64,000 nt of DNA from Leptospira sp. (GTDB lineage Bacteria > Spirochaetota > Leptospiria > Leptospirales > Leptospiraceae): contig JAWXAQ010000002.1 of the NCBI GenBank assembly GCA_034439575.1, forward strand, positions 211,640-275,639. The letters run 5' to 3'. The notes beneath the pieces are model-generated. The model worked only from the letters and a program-made list of their open reading frames with translations, ran no database searches and was not told the DNA's origin. The number at the start of each line of letters is the position of its first letter. Within the stretch, counting starts at the first letter, position 1. The translations under genes were made by a program, and so were the position numbers. Shown in pieces: positions 20,879 through 30,272 of the stretch.

Positions 20879-21913
20879 CTAGGATTTAAGCCAATGCAAA
20901 AAACTTCCGAAGGTTTTTAAAAGACCGGGAATCCCAGTAATTTGTTCGTGTAGAGGTAGATTGTCACCATGGGTAAGGGCAGTTGATGTGCGAAATACAT
21001 ACGTATGCCCCTTTTCTTCGAAATACTTTGCTAATTTTCGTGATTCGTCTGGGGAAATGACGGGATCAGAATTTCCATGTAAGAGTGAAACGGGGGCTTT
21101 TAGCCCTTCCATTTGATAGTAGGGGGAAAAGGATTTTGGAAGTTCGATGGGATAGGTTTTTTGTAGGTCCGATGCTAATTGTTTTCGAAACGCTTCTGAT
21201 TCCATAATTTGATTAAAAAAGTCTCTCGAGCTTTTATTTACTTTCGCAAGTAACTTAGGGGCAATGGCATCCTCACCCGTGCGATACAGAGCATTGTCTT
21301 TAGCGGCTTCAAAAAATACCATTTTCAAATCTTTGCTCAACTTTTTGTCTAGGCGATCTATAATATTATATAAGAGAACCATCACACCATAATTATCGAT
21401 ATGGAAGTTTTGAAATACAAAAGGAAAAGTATCTATAAAATCGCAATAGCCACCAACCGCCATAATCGATGTTACACGCTCAGAAAGGCCAGGTCTAGAG
21501 CATGCAATAAGTCCCATCCCACTAGAAAAACTTACCGAAAAAAATCCCATTCGATAACCATCATACCAGGTTTTGTTTTCACTCAATTCCAAACCGACGG
21601 ATTCTATATTATCAATGGTTTCCACTGACATAATTAAATTTGTAACTTCAGTTAACTCAGGTAAGATGACACTAAATCCGCAATGTGCTAAATTTTCTGC
21701 CAAATCAATGATACGTTTATCATCGATCCCAAAAATACTTAAACCATGTTGTAAGTAAATACCTGGGAGATTTGTCTTTTCTTTTTTGGAAGGCCAATAA
21801 ACCCTAGCACGTCGGTTATTTTTTAAAATGACCTTTTCAGAATTTATTTTTTTATCTTTAACAATTCCACCATAAGTGAAAACAAGAGGAAGGGAGAGGA
21901 AATAAGGCCTCAT
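20879..21913 (-). CDS. Alpha/beta hydrolase
   Basis: LQHG, GFFSVSFSSG nucleophile elbow, LLHGNSDPVI, C-terminal His (LTHG). Confidence 0.75.
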   Translation of the reverse strand: MRPYFLSLPLVFTYGGIVKDKKINSEKVILKNNRRARVYWPSKKEKTNLPGIYLQHGLSIFGIDDKRIIDLAENLAHCGFSVILPELTEVTNLIMSVETIDNIESVGLELSENKTWYDGYRMGFFSVSFSSGMGLIACSRPGLSERVTSIMAVGGYCDFIDTFPFVFQNFHIDNYGVMVLLYNIIDRLDKKLSKDLKMVFFEAAKDNALYRTGEDAIAPKLLAKVNKSSRDFFNQIMESEAFRKQLASDLQKTYPIELPKSFSPYYQMEGLKAPVSLLHGNSDPVISPDESRKLAKYFEEKGHTYVFRTSTALTHGDNLPLHEQITGIPGLLKTFGSFLHWLKS

Positions 21914-22437
21914 TCTTCTGACATTGAATCAATCTTTGGAAATTTTTCCAACAACAAAATGGTATAAAGTCGTCCTAAGTATTCTTCTTCTCGCCTATCT
22001 TTCAAAAAGAATATCAATATATATTGGCGGTATCTCTCAAGGGAGATCGGAACCAATTTATTATTTAAATTTTCTGGAGGAGCGATGTCGATTTTATATC
22101 TTCCTAGTCTCATTTCGCTAATTAAATGCCCACTTATCTGATTTGCAAATTCCATCATAATAGAAGAGGAATGGGCACGCGATGTAGGATCGATTTGAAA
22201 GCTATGTGCAATTTTTGGAAGTAACTTTAGTTTGGTGTAACCATCAAGTCCTAAATAAAATTTTCCATTCAAATCACCGTAAAAATCCACGCAGGTGCAA
22301 TTTTCAAAACAAAGCCCTTCATTTTTTGAAGGTCCATACGCTTCTCTTTCTGCTTGGATCAGAAGCAATTTCTGGAAATGTTCAGGTAGAACTTGCGAAA
22401 TCGTTAATATAAATTTTTCGTCAAGAAGTGGATCCAT
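21910..22437 (-). CDS. cheX: Chemotaxis phosphatase CheX-like protein
   Basis: VDFYGDLNG and MMEFANQISG (E-x2-N) motif, IDIAPP. Confidence 0.7.
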   Translation of the reverse strand: MDPLLDEKFILTISQVLPEHFQKLLLIQAEREAYGPSKNEGLCFENCTCVDFYGDLNGKFYLGLDGYTKLKLLPKIAHSFQIDPTSRAHSSSIMMEFANQISGHLISEMRLGRYKIDIAPPENLNNKLVPISLERYRQYILIFFLKDRREEEYLGRLYTILLLEKFPKIDSMSEE

Positions 22438-23580
22438 TTAAGCCGCATTAGAAAGAATACTCGACTCAAGTGAGATAAATGTTTGTTTAATCCATTGGTC
22501 ATATTTCCCTGATATAGTTTTATTCCCTGAATGACCGATCGCGATTTCACATTCATAACCTAGCTCTTCTAGTTCTTGGACAAAGCTTTGTATAAAAAGG
22601 GAAAAATCTTGTATGTTATGGTTCGGTAAAAAACAAGCGATAAGCTGGTCTTCTATTTGAAAAAAACCTAGATCAGAAAAACCCAAAGACTTTGATTTTT
22701 GATTTAGACAAATCGCATATTCCAAGTTATGTTCTGGTTTTATAAACTTGAGTAAAATCATAATTTGTGTTTCTTGCGATGTAAACTTATCTTTTGACGT
22801 AGTATAGAAGTGAGATTTGTTAAAGAGACCAGTTCTCCCGTCGTGAATCACTCGGAAGTATTCATATTGTTCGAGTAATTTTTCAGATAAACTAATTGTT
22901 GAAAGCCAAAGTGCGTTGATTTCCGATTCACTGAAAGTCAACTTAGTTTGCATACAAATCATTCCCAAAATTTGTGAATTCACTACCAATGGTAAAAATA
23001 ATCTTTGTCTACTAATGGAAAGACATGGAGTTCCTTTTTTAACATTAATTTCTTCAAACTCTTCCCATTCGATTTCGTTAGGTTCCGAATCGATAAGTAA
23101 ATTTCCTTTTTGCCAAACACTTTCCGTAAACCCTATGCCATCGAAATTGGCATATAAAATAGAACTGATTTTACTATTGGAAATTGAAATAGCTGAGCCC
23201 TTTACTATTTCTGAGAATCTCTGTCTTTTTTCATTTTTTAAAATTTGATGAGCCAAGACGATTGGATCAGTACCTTCCAGAATATTTTCATATTTATGTT
23301 GGGATGAGTTAACAGAATTTATATTTGGTTCGCTCAGACCTTTGATCACAGGATCTGGTAAACGTAACGAAGAAGGGCGTTCATTCTTAAGAATATGATC
23401 ATGATCTTCGTTGGAAACATATTCGGGAAGGTTACTCATTTCACTTAAACTAAAAATGAGTAAACACAATAGTAAGGTCGATGTGACAAGTAGCCCCAGT
23501 GTGATCCAGGAGAAATAGAGCCAAAATTGAAGCAGAATTCCAACAGTGAAAAAAATAATAGGAATTAAATATCGTTTCAT
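22438..23580 (-). CDS. Membrane protein with GAF-like and degenerate GGDEF-like domains
   Basis: Two N-terminal TMs; LFLPLVVNSQILGMIC (GAF-like); HDGRTGLFNKSHF (GGDEF N-terminal motif); no GGDEF signature. Confidence 0.5.
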   Translation of the reverse strand: MKRYLIPIIFFTVGILLQFWLYFSWITLGLLVTSTLLLCLLIFSLSEMSNLPEYVSNEDHDHILKNERPSSLRLPDPVIKGLSEPNINSVNSSQHKYENILEGTDPIVLAHQILKNEKRQRFSEIVKGSAISISNSKISSILYANFDGIGFTESVWQKGNLLIDSEPNEIEWEEFEEINVKKGTPCLSISRQRLFLPLVVNSQILGMICMQTKLTFSESEINALWLSTISLSEKLLEQYEYFRVIHDGRTGLFNKSHFYTTSKDKFTSQETQIMILLKFIKPEHNLEYAICLNQKSKSLGFSDLGFFQIEDQLIACFLPNHNIQDFSLFIQSFVQELEELGYECEIAIGHSGNKTISGKYDQWIKQTFISLESSILSNAA

Positions 23581-23654
23581 GGTATCTTTGCCGTTACTAT
23601 AGATAACGGTTGATTCTTATTATCTCTGAAATGATTTTCAACAAATGCCAGTAA

Positions 23655-24395
23655 ATGAAACTATACACCGAACTTGCTGAATATTATTTCACGATCGAAG
23701 AGGTTGGCAGAAAATTCCACGAAGAAGTGGAATTTCTGAGAGAGACCTTTAAACGCCACAAAATTCAAACTATAGTGGATATCGGCTGTGGCACAGGCGA
23801 ACATGTCAAAGAAATGCAGGCTATGGGTTTCAAAGTTTTGGGCGTAGATGGCTCCAATCGAATGCTTGAGATCGCAAAAACTAGGTTTCCGCATTGCACA
23901 TTTGAATATGGTAGATTGGAAGATTATTACGCAAAACAACCAGTAGACGCTATTACATGCATATTTGGAACTTTTAATTATTTATTGGATGACAATGCAG
24001 TGATCACTTTTCTAAGAAACACTCATAGAAATCTGAAACAAGCAGGCCTTGCGATTTTTGAGATTTGGAATGCGGATCCAATTTATCGTATCAAACGAAA
24101 GCCATTAACTACTGTTAGCAATGTACGACAAGGGAACGTTTCCATTCGTAGAAATCGGGGCTTTCGTATGACAAGAGCAGATGATGTTGCCATTGTCGAA
24201 GTCAATTATGTTTACAACCTCAATCACAAAGACCTAAAAGATAGACATACGATGCGAGTTTTTAATTTTCCGCAGATTCAAAGTTTTCTTGAAGATTCAA
24301 AATTTGAAGTGCTCAATGTATATGGAAGTTACGCTGGAGATAAATATCTCAAAACGGGAGCTCGTATTCTCGTTGTGGCAAAAAAGAGGTCTTGA
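23655..24395 (+). CDS. Class I SAM-dependent methyltransferase
   Basis: VDIGCGTG, GVDGSNRML, LKQAGLAIFE. Confidence 0.9.
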   Translation: MKLYTELAEYYFTIEEVGRKFHEEVEFLRETFKRHKIQTIVDIGCGTGEHVKEMQAMGFKVLGVDGSNRMLEIAKTRFPHCTFEYGRLEDYYAKQPVDAITCIFGTFNYLLDDNAVITFLRNTHRNLKQAGLAIFEIWNADPIYRIKRKPLTTVSNVRQGNVSIRRNRGFRMTRADDVAIVEVNYVYNLNHKDLKDRHTMRVFNFPQIQSFLEDSKFEVLNVYGSYAGDKYLKTGARILVVAKKRS

Positions 24396-24437
24396 CTTTC
24401 ATTTAATCTTCTATATCCCAATCTCTTGGGAGTTTAT

Positions 24438-25865
24438 ATGACAAACACAGCAAAATTTCAGGTCGTAGTCATCGGTGGAGGTCCTGGCGGTTATGTCGCG
24501 GCAATTCGTGCAGCCCAATTAGGATTTGAAACTGCGGTCATTGAAAAAGAAAGACTTGGTGGTGTTTGTTTGAATTGGGGATGTATTCCCACAAAAGCTC
24601 TGTTAGAGAGTGCCCATATCTTAGAACACTTAAAAAAAGCAGCGAGTTTTGGTTTAAAAGCAGATAATGTCTCTGCAGAATTTGAAGCCGTTATCAAAAG
24701 GTCTAGGTCTGTAGCAGACCAAATGGCCAAAGGTGTTGAATTTCTTATGAAAAAAAATAAGATCAATGTCCTTTCTGGAACCGCGAGTTTATTAGATAAA
24801 AATACCATCGAAGTTAAAAATGAGAAAGGGGAAAGCCTGACGTATGGTGCCGATTTTATCATCATTGCAACAGGTGCTAAAAATAAATCACTTCCCTTCC
24901 TCCCGTTTGACGGAAATAAGGTGCTCAATGCAAGGGATGCGATGATTCAAAAATCAGTTCCAAAAACCCTTGCCATCATCGGTGCGGGTGCCATCGGAGT
25001 TGAGTTTGCTGACTTTTATGCTTCTATGGGGGCAAAGGTTAGCATTATAGAATTCCAAGACCATCTTTTGCCAAATGAAGATGTCGAAATTTCTCAAATT
25101 TTAGAACGTTCCTTTAAAAAAAGAGAAATCGAACAATATCTAAGTTATGCGGTTGAATCAGCTAACATAAACAAAGATGCGGTTGAACTTATATTACAAG
25201 ATAGAAAATCTGCTAAAAAAGAAAAGTTAAGCTTTGAAAGAGTCATTGTGGGTGTTGGAATTTCTGCTAACACAGAAAACATTGGCATCCAAGAAATTGG
25301 TGTGAAAACCAAAAATGGTTTTATCGAAGTAGGAGCAAATTACCGATCCACTATCGATCATATTTATGCGATTGGTGATTGTATACCTACTCCGAGTCTT
25401 GCTCATGTTGCCAGTGCCGAAGGAATACGGGCTGCAGAAGATATTTCCATCCGAACAGGAAATCCACACAAATTGAACATTCATCCTTTAAACTATGATT
25501 ATATTCCAGGTTGTACGTATTGCCATCCGGAAGTAGCAAGTGTCGGCCTTACAGAACAAAAAGCCATTTCATTAGGATACGAACTTTCTATAGGTAAGTT
25601 TCCTTTTACAGCAAGTGGTAGAGCCCAAGCGCAAGGCGATACAACAGGTATGGTAAAAATTATTTCTGACAAAAAACATGGGGAAATATTAGGTGCCCAC
25701 ATTATTGGGGGAGCCGCCACAGAGATGATCGCCGAACTGACACTTGGTGCTAATATGGAGATCACCGTCAAAGAACTTGCATCGACGATTCATGCGCATC
25801 CAACTCTTGCGGAAGGTGTGATGGAAGCCGCAGCTGCCGTACTCGGAGAAGCGATCAATATTTAA
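24438..25865 (+). CDS. lpdA: Dihydrolipoyl dehydrogenase
   Basis: GGGPGG, CLNWGCIP redox disulfide, GAGAIG, HPTLAE. Confidence 0.96.
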   Translation: MTNTAKFQVVVIGGGPGGYVAAIRAAQLGFETAVIEKERLGGVCLNWGCIPTKALLESAHILEHLKKAASFGLKADNVSAEFEAVIKRSRSVADQMAKGVEFLMKKNKINVLSGTASLLDKNTIEVKNEKGESLTYGADFIIIATGAKNKSLPFLPFDGNKVLNARDAMIQKSVPKTLAIIGAGAIGVEFADFYASMGAKVSIIEFQDHLLPNEDVEISQILERSFKKREIEQYLSYAVESANINKDAVELILQDRKSAKKEKLSFERVIVGVGISANTENIGIQEIGVKTKNGFIEVGANYRSTIDHIYAIGDCIPTPSLAHVASAEGIRAAEDISIRTGNPHKLNIHPLNYDYIPGCTYCHPEVASVGLTEQKAISLGYELSIGKFPFTASGRAQAQGDTTGMVKIISDKKHGEILGAHIIGGAATEMIAELTLGANMEITVKELASTIHAHPTLAEGVMEAAAAVLGEAINI

Positions 25866-25930
25866 TTTTTCAAATAAAAGGAACCGAATCGGTAAAAGCG
25901 TTTTTGATTAAGTGATTTGATTATAGATGA

Positions 25931-25954
25931 ACTTGGCGAATGATTTCGCCAAGT
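25931..25954. terminator. Hairpin between convergent genes
   Basis: ACTTGGCGAA-tgat-TTCGCCAAGT perfect stem. Confidence 0.65.
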
Positions 25955-25969
25955 CATTGTATAGTAAAA

Positions 25970-26587
25970 TTATACTTCTGTGCTGATAGAACCTGATTGT
26001 TTGATCGAGAACCAAACAACTGCTGAGCCGATACCACCAGCAAGCAAGAGTACTACGATACCATCAAGAGACAAGAAAGGAACGTTTCCGCCTGCATGGC
26101 GACCAAAGCCCATAAAAAACAACATAGGAACAGAAAGGAAAGTGTTGATTCTTGAAAAAAGGAGAGCCTTTTTTGGAATCGAAGCATCTGCTGGAGTTCC
26201 ACTTTTGACTCCGTTAATGATCTTTCTTTGTGCCGGCCAAATCACAAACCAAACATTGAACCACATAATGGTTCCAAGTAACATTCCGAGTAAAATCCAA
26301 GTTGACCAATTTGGTGCAGAGGCTCTAAGACCACCCATCTCAAAAAGAAGAGCATAATATGTTAATCCGGATAAGAACGTAACCATCGCTCCCCAACGAA
26401 ACCAGAAAAGAACTCTCGGCATAAGTTCTGGTGTAAGAACTTTTTTAACTCCTGCATCAAGTTTACCTTGAACAGGTACGTTTACTAAATTTAGGAAATA
26501 AAGTAATCCTATCCAACAAACACCTGCTACGTAATGAATCCAACGAACTGAGTACAGTCCAAGGGCATTAAAATCTAAGTTTTCCAT
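25970..26587 (-). CDS. Urate hydroxylase PuuD family membrane protein (no cytochrome c domain)
   Basis: RWIHYVAGVCWIG, WFRWGA, IMWFNVWFVIWPAQ and SRINTFLSVPMLFFM motifs. Confidence 0.75.
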   Translation of the reverse strand: MENLDFNALGLYSVRWIHYVAGVCWIGLLYFLNLVNVPVQGKLDAGVKKVLTPELMPRVLFWFRWGAMVTFLSGLTYYALLFEMGGLRASAPNWSTWILLGMLLGTIMWFNVWFVIWPAQRKIINGVKSGTPADASIPKKALLFSRINTFLSVPMLFFMGFGRHAGGNVPFLSLDGIVVLLLAGGIGSAVVWFSIKQSGSISTEV

Positions 26588-26687
26588 GTGTTACTCCAAA
26601 AAAGTATATCTATAGATGATATATTTATTTGATAGAATAATTCTAATTTTGACAAGTGATAAAAATAGAGACTTAGAAAAAGCGAAT

Positions 26688-26966
26688 CTAAAGCGAACGT
26701 TTGTAGATGACTTTTGGTTTACGAATGTTTATAAAACCATTATGGTTTTCTGAGAGAATTGCGGAATCAAATTGAAATCTATGAGTCGCATCATAAAAAA
26801 CCACCAATATATCTGATCCAAAATCTGGAGCGGATGAAAAAGACTCCAAACGAATTTTCATTTGGGAAGGCTCCATGATTTCAAAATAAGCCTTCCATGA
26901 TTTTTTAGAATCATTTGTGTCAGTTGGAAATATCGTCAGAGGTAGAGGTTTTTTAAATCCGGACAT
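26688..26966 (-). CDS. Small hypothetical protein, YcgR/PilZN-like
   Basis: RFQFDSAIL...INIRKPKVIYKR pattern; ends before any RxxxR motif. Confidence 0.4.
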   Translation of the reverse strand: MSGFKKPLPLTIFPTDTNDSKKSWKAYFEIMEPSQMKIRLESFSSAPDFGSDILVVFYDATHRFQFDSAILSENHNGFINIRKPKVIYKRSL

Positions 26967-26970
26967 ATAC

Positions 26971-27804
26971 TTATAGCGGATCGGTCTCTTGCGGAACCAC
27001 AGGTCCGTTAGGTTCTGTTTTTGGTGGATTGTTAATTGAATTTTGTGTATTTGTGCTAGGTGGTGATATCAAATTATCATTCGTATTTTGCGTAGAGGGA
27101 GTATCAGATTCTGCAGAGAATGGATTTTTAAATCCATCTACGGAATTTAACCAATTGTCATTTTGACTAGAAGTTTGTTCCGTATTTCCTGGGTAACTTT
27201 CGATCGGTCTAATGGTGATGGAAATGTACTGTATAGCTTTTTCATCTCTGATCGGATCAAGATATGCTAGACTATCATTTCTCCATCTAGTTCTAACGCG
27301 AGGTTCCATGCGAAAGGTTTTCATAATCATGTCTAAATCGCGAGAGTAGGCTTGGTAACGACTTCTGGGTGTTTTGGATTGTAAAACGTAGTACATTCCT
27401 CCCTTTTTGTGAAAGAGAAATCGGTTTGAAATGATAGTTTTGTTTTCTGTATAATGCAAAACAACAAACACCGATTCGTCGAATCCAGGGATTTGATCTT
27501 CGAGCATTTTTTCCCGTACTACTTTTAGATCAGTATATTTTTTTAAGAAGGTATCTATCGTTTCTTCAATAAATCTATCAAGGTCGTAATCTTTTGATCT
27601 GCGAACAACATCAATCTGAAGCACAGCTTCTCGATTTGATTTAGCAAATTGAATGCGAACAGTTTCAGAATTTCTTAATACTGCTTTGTTCCAACCCCTA
27701 GGAAATTCAAAAGCGAATCCTAAAGAATCTTCGATCCAAGTTCCTGCGAACAAAGAACCAGTTGATAAAAAGACAAGGAAGATAAAGATGATACGCGCTT
27801 TCAT
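26971..27804 (-). CDS. Exported hypothetical protein (PsbP-like fold) with low-complexity tail
   Basis: Signal peptide MKARIIFIFLVFLSTGSLFA; GFAFEFPRGW; P/T/N-rich C-terminus. Confidence 0.55.
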   Translation of the reverse strand: MKARIIFIFLVFLSTGSLFAGTWIEDSLGFAFEFPRGWNKAVLRNSETVRIQFAKSNREAVLQIDVVRRSKDYDLDRFIEETIDTFLKKYTDLKVVREKMLEDQIPGFDESVFVVLHYTENKTIISNRFLFHKKGGMYYVLQSKTPRSRYQAYSRDLDMIMKTFRMEPRVRTRWRNDSLAYLDPIRDEKAIQYISITIRPIESYPGNTEQTSSQNDNWLNSVDGFKNPFSAESDTPSTQNTNDNLISPPSTNTQNSINNPPKTEPNGPVVPQETDPL

Positions 27805-27834
27805 TGTAATTAGTATCGGCAAATGACTAGGTCA

Positions 27835-28800
27835 TTATTTATACGGAAAGATTCCTTTTCGCAAGTCCCATTTTGGTTCTATAGCTAATTCTTTCCAAGA
27901 ATTTTCATCATAGATTTCAACTGCCTGTAAGATCGGAGTTAAAGGGGAATCATGATAGGGAATGCCCTTTAGTTTGCATTTGATTTTTGCCAATTTGTTA
28001 AAAATGGGGACTAATACGGGGAAAATAGGAATCCCAAGTCCTTTGAACCTTCTTTTCCTTTGCGTATGAAAGGTTCCAATCACTTGAGATATGGTGACAG
28101 ATTCTGGGTGAGATAAGACATAAACAGTTCTAATTTTTTCTTTGGCGATGACTTTGCGACACCACGTAGCCAAGGCATAGGCCACATCTTCCACATGTAT
28201 AATTGATTTTTTGGGATCATTTTTAAGATATGGGTAAAATCCTTTTTTGTATAGGGAAAATAATTTTGAAACAAAACTCTTTGTTCCTGTCCCATAAACA
28301 GATGCTATACGAAAAATGGAATAAGGAATATGAGATTTCTTTAGGTAATTTTCTGCTTCTATTTTGGACCTCGCATAAACAGTTTTCCCGGCCCTTTCAC
28401 TTTCTAATTGCAGTTTTTGATTTTGATAGCCATAAACGGAAACAGAACTTGCAAGGCCAATTCCTAGACAATGAATCTTTTCTGCAAATTCTAATAGGAT
28501 TTTTGTGGATTCGGCATTAATTTGAAAAAAATCTGATTCATTTAATTTTGAACCAGAAACTGCACCTGCCAAGTGTAAGATGATATCCACAGGTTCAGAA
28601 ATAGAAAGGTCTTTTGGTGTTTTTATTTTAAGAAAGTCTCTTTCATAAAATTTAAAATTCTTATGATGACGAATCTCTTCTGGAATCCGGCTATAATCTT
28701 TTCCTATGGCGATGATTTTAAATTCATTAATGATTTGAAAAGAAAGCAAACGTCCGATGACGCCCGAAGCACCAGTGATTAAAATAGTTTTTAGCTTCAT
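27835..28800 (-). CDS. NAD-dependent epimerase/dehydratase
   Basis: ITGASGVIG, HLAG, SSVSVYG, YARSK (YxxxK); start trimmed to MKLKTIL. Confidence 0.88.
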   Translation of the reverse strand: MKLKTILITGASGVIGRLLSFQIINEFKIIAIGKDYSRIPEEIRHHKNFKFYERDFLKIKTPKDLSISEPVDIILHLAGAVSGSKLNESDFFQINAESTKILLEFAEKIHCLGIGLASSVSVYGYQNQKLQLESERAGKTVYARSKIEAENYLKKSHIPYSIFRIASVYGTGTKSFVSKLFSLYKKGFYPYLKNDPKKSIIHVEDVAYALATWCRKVIAKEKIRTVYVLSHPESVTISQVIGTFHTQRKRRFKGLGIPIFPVLVPIFNKLAKIKCKLKGIPYHDSPLTPILQAVEIYDENSWKELAIEPKWDLRKGIFPYK

Positions 28801-28814
28801 TGGAAATGAATTTC

Positions 28815-30032
28815 CTATAATAAAAAAATCTGACAAAAACCAACAAGCGCACCCAATGCGGCACCAACGAGGATCAATAAAAATTCATCTTCTTGGAATG
28901 CAGAGCGCAATATAGATTCAAATTCAGGTGCAGGTAATGCGGTCATTCTTTCACCCATTGTTTTTTCTAACTCCAAAGCCTCACCAAGATATTTTTCTAA
29001 TTGTGAAGAATTGGTGATGGCATGTTCCGACATCTTAAGGGCAATACTTTCACGCACATTTTCATACTGTTCCAGACGTCCACTGGCAAATAACAAAGGC
29101 TTTGCGATAAATGTCATTTGGTCGACTTGCTTTGTGATGGCATCTTTTACCATTTTCAATATTTCTTCTGCCGCATTTCCAAATATTAACTCTTGTAATA
29201 CGTTTTTCGGGGTAAGTATTTTTTCAGCCACTAGTTTCGCATACAAATGTGATACTTCCGTCTGCCTTTTTAAAAATAAACCTTGGTATGTAAAAACCCC
29301 TAAAAATTTTTTTGGAACTAGGGGACGAAAGATCATTTCGAGTGCCAAATAATTTGTTAGATAACCAACAATGACACCTTGCAATGGTAAGGTCCACCAA
29401 ATTGGAAAAAATATATAGAAGACCATCTGCACTAGGCCAAGTAAAAATCCAAAATAAAATCCAGAACGTTCTATAAATTTAAATTCGGGAGCCCCAACTT
29501 CTTGGAACAATTCAACCACAAGACTTACATTGTTTCCCGAAAGTTTTTTTAAAACCAAGGACTTAACGTCAAATAGAGTTTTAATATCTAACTGTAACTT
29601 GCGTATGACGTTTCTAATTGTAAATCCACATTCTCGTTTGACTTTGTGATAGATTTCTTTTCGGACCACTTCTGGAAGCATAGCCCATAATTTAGGATCT
29701 ACGCTGTTTGCAAATTCGACCATCGTGTCTTTGATGGCACCTTCTAATGATGGCAAAAATTCCTTTTCTGCCCGTGCGGGATCAATCTTGGCAAATACTT
29801 CTTGGACATTCATTAATTTGCCTGTAATGATATCCACGGACTTACTCGCCATTTTATGTGCCTTTCTCGGAATGATCCCTTGCCAGCCCAAATAAGGAGG
29901 ATAGCCCCAAAACTTAATCGGGTAAAAAGTCATTTTCAATGCCAGCCAATTGGTAACCCAGCCTACAAAACCATAAGTAAAGGGAATGAGAAGGATTTTG
30001 AAGTCGCTTGGCACAAAATTAAATTCAAGCAT
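28815..30032 (-). CDS. DUF445 family membrane protein
   Basis: GWVTNWLALKMTFYP and GYLTNYLALEMIFRP repeats; terminal GAALGALVG. Confidence 0.8.
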   Translation of the reverse strand: MLEFNFVPSDFKILLIPFTYGFVGWVTNWLALKMTFYPIKFWGYPPYLGWQGIIPRKAHKMASKSVDIITGKLMNVQEVFAKIDPARAEKEFLPSLEGAIKDTMVEFANSVDPKLWAMLPEVVRKEIYHKVKRECGFTIRNVIRKLQLDIKTLFDVKSLVLKKLSGNNVSLVVELFQEVGAPEFKFIERSGFYFGFLLGLVQMVFYIFFPIWWTLPLQGVIVGYLTNYLALEMIFRPLVPKKFLGVFTYQGLFLKRQTEVSHLYAKLVAEKILTPKNVLQELIFGNAAEEILKMVKDAITKQVDQMTFIAKPLLFASGRLEQYENVRESIALKMSEHAITNSSQLEKYLGEALELEKTMGERMTALPAPEFESILRSAFQEDEFLLILVGAALGALVGFCQIFLL

Positions 30033-30272
30033 CTATTTCCCTAAACATTCAGCAAATTGTAGAATTGAAATCCATTTCTGTTTCCAAAAAGCGAAAAAAA
30101 AGGTCAAAATTCACCTGATACGACATAATAAGGTCAAATTTTCGACACAATTACAAAAAAAAGTTTGTCATGAAAATCATGATATGCAAGAATAAGCGAG
30201 AATAGGGGAGATTCTTAGGCATTTCCCTTAGTTTAATTTGTAAATGAATGCGAATATTTTTGAGGTGACTTT

